Assembly: GCF_000372725.1 (NCBI RefSeq)
Contig: NW_005201249.1
Coordinates: 334,198 to 372,689 of the forward strand
DNA: 38,492 nt
Direction: 5' to 3'
Origin: Emiliania huxleyi CCMP1516
Taxonomy: Eukaryota
Shown: in pieces, positions 33,476-38,492 of the stretch
Layout of the letters: each line of letters starts with the position of its first letter
How positions within the stretch are numbered: position 1 is the first letter of the stretch
Notes under the pieces: model-generated
What the model saw: the letters and a program-made list of their open reading frames with translations, nothing else
Database searches by the model: none
Told to the model about the DNA's origin: nothing
Program-made: the position numbers and the translations under genes

Positions 33476-33786
33476 GGGTTAGGTTAGGGTTATTAGGGTT
33501 AGAGGGTTAGGGTTAGGGTTATAGGGTTAGGGTTAGGGTCAGGGTTAGTCTTGTTGTGTCTGTATATGCCAGCGTTGCAGGGTTCTGCGCTGGGATCTGG
33601 CCGCACAGCGCCGACGACTAAGACTCAGCCCCACACGCTGACCTACGGCTTTAGGGTTGGGGTTTAGGGTTAGGGTTAGGGTTAGGGTTAGTCTTCTTGC
33701 TTGTGTTTGTATGCCAGCGTTGCAGAGTTCTGCGCTGGGATCTGGCCCCAGCGCCGACGAGTAAGACTCAGCACCGCTCGCTGACC
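33476..33786 (+). repeat. Two interstitial (TTAGGG)n blocks, each followed by a ~100-bp repeat unit
   Basis: Degenerate TTAGGG at 33476-33548 and 33651-33691. Related units at 33549-33650 and 33692-33786. Confidence 0.9.
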
Positions 33787-34269
33787 CCACCAAATGCCGC
33801 CTCAGGGCGCCAGGCCGCCAGCCACTTCTTACACGCGGCCGGCGCCCTCTCGCGGCAAAAGGGTCGAGCGAGCGGGCAGAGTCGCGATGTCTGCGCACCC
33901 GCGTGCCGATGGGCGACACACGCAACCGAGAGAGGCCCTGTCGCGCCGCCAGTAGCGTTCTCCGCACTCCCCACGCCACCAATTGCCGCCTCAGGGCGCC
34001 AGCCACCTCTTGCACGCGGCCGGCGCCCTCTCGCGGCAAAAGGGTCGAGCGAGCGGGCAGAGTCGCGCGATGTCTGCGCACCCGCGTGCCGATGGGCGGC
34101 ACACGCAATCGAGAGAGGCCCTGTCACGCCGCCAGTAGCGTTCCGCACTCCCCACGCCACCAATTGCCGCCTCAGGGCGCCAGCCACCTCTTGCACGCGG
34201 CCGGCGCCCTCTCGCGGCAAAAGGGTCGAGCGAGCGGGCAGAGTCGCGATGTCCCTGCGCACCCGCGTG
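33787..34269. repeat. ~181-189-bp GC-rich tandem repeat, about 2.6 copies
   Basis: Units start at 33787, 33976 and 34157 (ccaccaa.tgccgcctcagggcgccag...cggcaaaagggtcgagcgagcgggcagagtcgcg). Confidence 0.9.
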
Positions 34270-34609
34270 TTCGCCGCCTATATGCTCTATCCTGTGCCAA
34301 GACGGACACATTTTGACAATCAAAATCTACCTCAAAATTTGCGGCCGCCCCTCGAAATTTGCTGATCAAAATTTGCGGTGGCCCGGATCGAAACCTGTAC
34401 TTTGGCCAACCTATAAAAAGGGGGTCCCCCCGCGGGTATTTCGTGTGGGCCGAGATTTATCCGATTTTTGTCAGATTTTGCCTCAGAAGTCGTGGTAAAC
34501 CTTACCACCGTTTGATTGTTTTGGCCGTAGAGTGTTTGATGGTTCTGGGGGGCTATACCAGTGGAAATGCCAAGCGGCTGCGCCCCCTGCCCGCCCCGCG
34601 CCTTAGTGG

Positions 34610-35248
34610 TTAGTCCCGCTTGGGACGGGCCGCCGCCGCCGGCCCGGCTGCGGCCACGGCCGGCTGCGGCTGCGTCAGAGCGCGCGAGAGGTCGGTGACT
34701 GGCAGCGCGAGGCAGAGGGCGAACTGGACTGTCGGCATCAGACCTATCGCCGCCGAAGGAGCCGTGAGCATGAGCCCCGGCGGGGAGTGGTGGGCGGCAT
34801 CTGTGCCGTTGAGTGCGAAGAATGCGCCGAGCATGGCGATCCCGAAGAGGAGGAGCACGTGCGGCCGCCGCAGCACGAGCGAGAGCACGCAACCAAACAC
34901 GACGCACCACGAGCCCGCCGCGAGCAGCTCCTGGTGATCAAACGACTTGTACGCGGAGGTGCGAGCCGTCGCCAGCTCGAGCGAGCGCTCCCAGAGGTCG
35001 GCCGTGTCGAGCGGCGGCCCGTCGGCCACCACCGGAGCGGAGGAGAGCGCCGCGCGGAGCAGGTTGCCTGGGAAGAGCACCGCCCGCAGCGCCGTCTTGG
35101 CGCTGTCGCCGAGCGGCTGGTCCTGGTTCTCGCGCAGCGTGGTGGCGATCACCTGCAGCGGCGAGATGGCGCCGCCCGAGGGGGCGAACGCAAGCGGGCT
35201 CTGCGTGAGGATAAAGAGGAGCGGCAGGAGGAGGGTGAAGAGACCCAT
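34610..35248 (-). CDS. Hypothetical multi-pass membrane protein
   Basis: ATG at 35248 downstream of an A/T tract. Hydrophobic N-terminus MGLFTLLLPLLFIL and three further hydrophobic segments. Confidence 0.6.
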   Translation of the reverse strand: MGLFTLLLPLLFILTQSPLAFAPSGGAISPLQVIATTLRENQDQPLGDSAKTALRAVLFPGNLLRAALSSAPVVADGPPLDTADLWERSLELATARTSAYKSFDHQELLAAGSWCVVFGCVLSLVLRRPHVLLLFGIAMLGAFFALNGTDAAHHSPPGLMLTAPSAAIGLMPTVQFALCLALPVTDLSRALTQPQPAVAAAGPAAAARPKRD

Positions 35249-35858
35249 CACACAGTTTGGGCCCGCGCCCGAGCCTGGAGGAGCCCGAAAGAATTTAAAG
35301 GCGGGCCTCACAGCAGACAGGCCCGAAAAGATCCCTTGGGGAGTCTGTTTTCTTTCTTTCTTTTAGGCCCGAAAAGAATTCCCGCGGGGCATGCCGGAGT
35401 GCAGTGCATCCTTTACTCACTCACAGGCCAGGGCCCACGCGAATACAGTAACGCGTCTAACGGGGCGCCGCCCTCTCAGCGGCGCAGCGCTGGCCGCTGC
35501 GCCGTGCGCGAGAGCCGTCGCGGTGGCGCGGAGACGAGAGCTCACGAGACGAGAGACGCGGACTAGACGAGCGACGGACGCCTCGACGGCGGGGGCGGCG
35601 AGGCACGCGGCGGCGCGACGGCAGGAGCGCGGCGCGCGGAGAGACGAGGCGAGAGCGGTGCGCAGTGCCCCGGAAGGGCCGACGAGAGTCCGCCGAGGCT
35701 GGGCCGAGATCGGAGATCGCCGGCCCCTAGGGGGGGGGGAGCAGCGCACGGGGGTGCCGGGAGGGGGAGAGGCAGCATGCGGGGAGTGGGGAGAAGCGAG
35801 AGACCTTCGGCGCGGGGGGGGGCGAGAGCGCGCGAAGGTGCGAGCGAGTGCGACGCAG

Positions 35859-36652
35859 NNNNNNNNNNNNNNNNNNNNNNNNNNNNNNNNNNNNNNNNNN
35901 NNNNNNNNNNNNNNNNNNNNNNNNNNNNNNNNNNNNNNNNNNNNNNNNNNNNNNNNNNNNNNNNNNNNNNNNNNNNNNNNNNNNNNNNNNNNNNNNNNNN
36001 NNNNNNNNNNNNNNNNNNNNNNNNNNNNNNNNNNNNNNNNNNNNNNNNNNNNNNNNNNNNNNNNNNNNNNNNNNNNNNNNNNNNNNNNNNNNNNNNNNNN
36101 NNNNNNNNNNNNNNNNNNNNNNNNNNNNNNNNNNNNNNNNNNNNNNNNNNNNNNNNNNNNNNNNNNNNNNNNNNNNNNNNNNNNNNNNNNNNNNNNNNNN
36201 NNNNNNNNNNNNNNNNNNNNNNNNNNNNNNNNNNNNNNNNNNNNNNNNNNNNNNNNNNNNNNNNNNNNNNNNNNNNNNNNNNNNNNNNNNNNNNNNNNNN
36301 NNNNNNNNNNNNNNNNNNNNNNNNNNNNNNNNNNNNNNNNNNNNNNNNNNNNNNNNNNNNNNNNNNNNNNNNNNNNNNNNNNNNNNNNNNNNNNNNNNNN
36401 NNNNNNNNNNNNNNNNNNNNNNNNNNNNNNNNNNNNNNNNNNNNNNNNNNNNNNNNNNNNNNNNNNNNNNNNNNNNNNNNNNNNNNNNNNNNNNNNNNNN
36501 NNNNNNNNNNNNNNNNNNNNNNNNNNNNNNNNNNNNNNNNNNNNNNNNNNNNNNNNNNNNNNNNNNNNNNNNNNNNNNNNNNNNNNNNNNNNNNNNNNNN
36601 NNNNNNNNNNNNNNNNNNNNNNNNNNNNNNNNNNNNNNNNNNNNNNNNNNNN
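35859..36652. other. Assembly gap (794 N)
   Basis: Run of n characters. Confidence 1.
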
Positions 36653-36660
36653 GCGCGCGC

Positions 36661-37622
36661 TCAGTCGCGGTCGTCGTCCGAGCCCTTGTCCTTGTCCCTC
36701 TTCTTGTCCTTCTTCTTGTCCTTCTTCTTCTCGTAGTACGAGTCCGAGTCCGAGTCGCGCCGGTCGTCCTCCTCCTCCTTGCGCGACGACTTTTTGTCCT
36801 TCTTCGAGCTCTTGCGGTCGCGCGAGTCGGAGCGGTCCTTCTTGCTCTTGCGCTCCCGCGACTCGGACTCGTCCGAGTAGTCGCGCCGCTTGCTCGACTT
36901 CTTCTTGGACCGCCGGCGCGAGCCCGAGTCCGAGTCGTCGTCATAACGCGACGAGCGGCGGTCCCGGTCGCGCCGCCGGTCGCGAGAGCGAGAGCGCGAC
37001 GGAGAGCGCCGATCGCGCCGCGGGGAGGGCGAGCGCCGACCGCCGCCGCCACCGTAGCCGCCGCCGCCGCCGCCGCCGCCGCCGTAGCCGTAGCCGCCCT
37101 CCCGCCCCCCCGAGGGCCCCGCCTGCCGCCCGCCCTGGTTGCGCGCCATCTCAATCTTGACGCGGCCGAGCCGGCCTGCGTGCGCAGGCGCACAGATGGG
37201 TCGGGAAGCGGCGCGCGGGGGGTGGGGGCCGCGCTGCGCGCTGGGGTCGCGGAGCCGCACCGTTCCCGCCCGAGAGGTCGTTCATCATGTCTTGCGCATC
37301 GCGGTCGTCCTCAAAGGTGATGAACGCAAAGCCGGGCGGGTTGCGCGCGACCCAGACGTCGACGAGCTTGCCGAAGCGACCCACCTCGTCCGTGATCTCC
37401 TCCTTGGAGATGCTCGGGTCAAGGTTCCCCAGGTAGACGCGCTGCACCTGCGCCGCGTCGGTGCGATGCTGTGGCGGCGGCGCCGCGGCGCAGAGCGGGG
37501 CGGCGCTGTCGGGTCGGCCGATGTGACGCGCCCGGGGCGCGCAGGGGGGCGGGCGCGGTCGGCGGCGTTATGGCTGTTGGGGGGCGGGCGCGGCGGCGGG
37601 AGCCGGGGGAGCGGGGCACCAT
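36661..37622 (-). CDS. SR-family splicing factor (SRSF3/SRSF7-like RRM + Gly + RS/charged tail), 3 coding exons
   Basis: ATG (37622-37620) spliced to VQRVYLGNL...DVWVARNPPGFAFITFEDDRDA.D, then via a second intron to GRVKIEMAR, a Gly run and an RS/RD tail. Confidence 0.88.
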
Positions 37623-38022
37623 GGCAGGGTGATGGCGATGCGGTGGAGCGCCAGCTTTTTTTCTTTCGGCGAGGCCTCATCCTCGTCCTCCTCTCCTCCG
37701 GGGAAAAAGAAATTCCCTAAGACATCGACGCCCACGGCTGCACACGACTGTGGGTGTGCCGCTGCCCCGCCCACGCACGGAGACCGCGGGAGAGTTCCAG
37801 CGCCGCACGTCAGCCGTGATCACACCCTTCTCCCACGACACGGCTCGGCTGAGCCTCTTGGCGTGCCCACGCGCACGTACACAAGCGCACTGCTGCGTGT
37901 ACTCTCCAGTGGGCCGAGAAAGATGGGAGGGGGGAGTGGAGGCCCTCCTCACCCGGCCACACCACCACGCCCAGGCGACAAGGCAAAGATCGGTGCACGG
38001 GTGTGAGCAGACACACACGTTC

Positions 38023-38492
38023 ATGAGCCCCTCGTGGCTTGTCCTCGCTGCGGCTGCCGTGGCCGTGCGGCTCGCGCCCGCCCCGAGCCCGGCCAGCGCC
38101 GTCGCACGCGCCGCGGCGTCGCGCCCTCGCTCCGCGCTGGTGGCCCAGGTCTCCTCGGCTGCGCTCCTCAAGCAGTCCGAGGTGCTCGAGCTGCTGAGCG
38201 AGGCTGCAGACCCGCAGCTCGCTCCGCCGGGCACCGCGGCGGCCGGCGCCGACAGTCCGCCCGACATCGTCTCGCTCGGGCTGGTGCGCGCGGTGCGCAT
38301 CGGCGACGACAGCGCCTCCGTCACCGTCCAGGTCGAGCTGCCGCGAGAGGCGGCGGAGGCGGGCGCCGAGGGGCGCCTCCGAGAGGTGTGCACGCAGCTG
38401 TTGCGGGAGGGACTGCCGTGGGCGGCGGAGGTGGAGCTCCGCTTTGACATCGCGCCGCCGCCGCCGCCTCCCCCGCCGCCACCGCCGCCGCC
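38023..38492 (+). CDS. 5' part of plastid-targeted DUF59/FeS-assembly-domain protein, HCF101/Mrp-like (runs off window)
   Basis: Not in the ORF track because it has no stop. Reads MSPSWLVLAAAAVAVRLA leader, then EVLELLSEAADP...DIVSLGLVRAVRI...VTVQVELP...LPWAAEV. The P-loop domain is not visible. Confidence 0.7.
   Translation, partial: MSPSWLVLAAAAVAVRLAPAPSPASAVARAAASRPRSALVAQVSSAALLKQSEVLELLSEAADPQLAPPGTAAAGADSPPDIVSLGLVRAVRIGDDSASVTVQVELPREAAEAGAEGRLREVCTQLLREGLPWAAEVELRFDIAPPPPPPPPPPPP

Noticed and set aside
33476..34269. Repeat block as a CRISPR-like array
   Set aside because: No unique spacers, no cas genes, eukaryotic context.
35391..37320. Long ORFs spanning the N run
   Set aside because: Artefacts of translating through the gap.

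Overview
Eukaryotic, very GC-rich, intron-rich genomic DNA. Frequent GC-AG introns, bipartite plastid leaders, 10-bp tandem arrays and interstitial TTAGGG point to a haptophyte such as Emiliania/Gephyrocapsa huxleyi (inference). Gene models were spliced by hand. Identifiable genes: a plastid fatty-acid-hydroxylase-family enzyme, an ankyrin/U-box E3 ligase, an alpha/beta hydrolase, a 3xAP2 protein, a large two-core pseudo-calpain with EF-hand and CaaX box, a DxD glycosyltransferase-like protein, a tail-anchored HisI variant, a WW protein, an SR splicing factor and the 5' end of an HCF101-like gene. Several proteins are of unknown function. Intergenic DNA holds many non-autonomous inverted-repeat elements: a Tc1/mariner-type MITE with TA TSD, a PIF/Harbinger-type element with TGA TSD, foldbacks and a possible composite element carrying the AP2 gene. 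There is also a pre-miRNA-like hairpin, a subtelomere-like block and a 794-nt N gap. The most striking pattern is that many introns begin with a decayed copy of the start of the next exon, suggesting intron gain by duplication.
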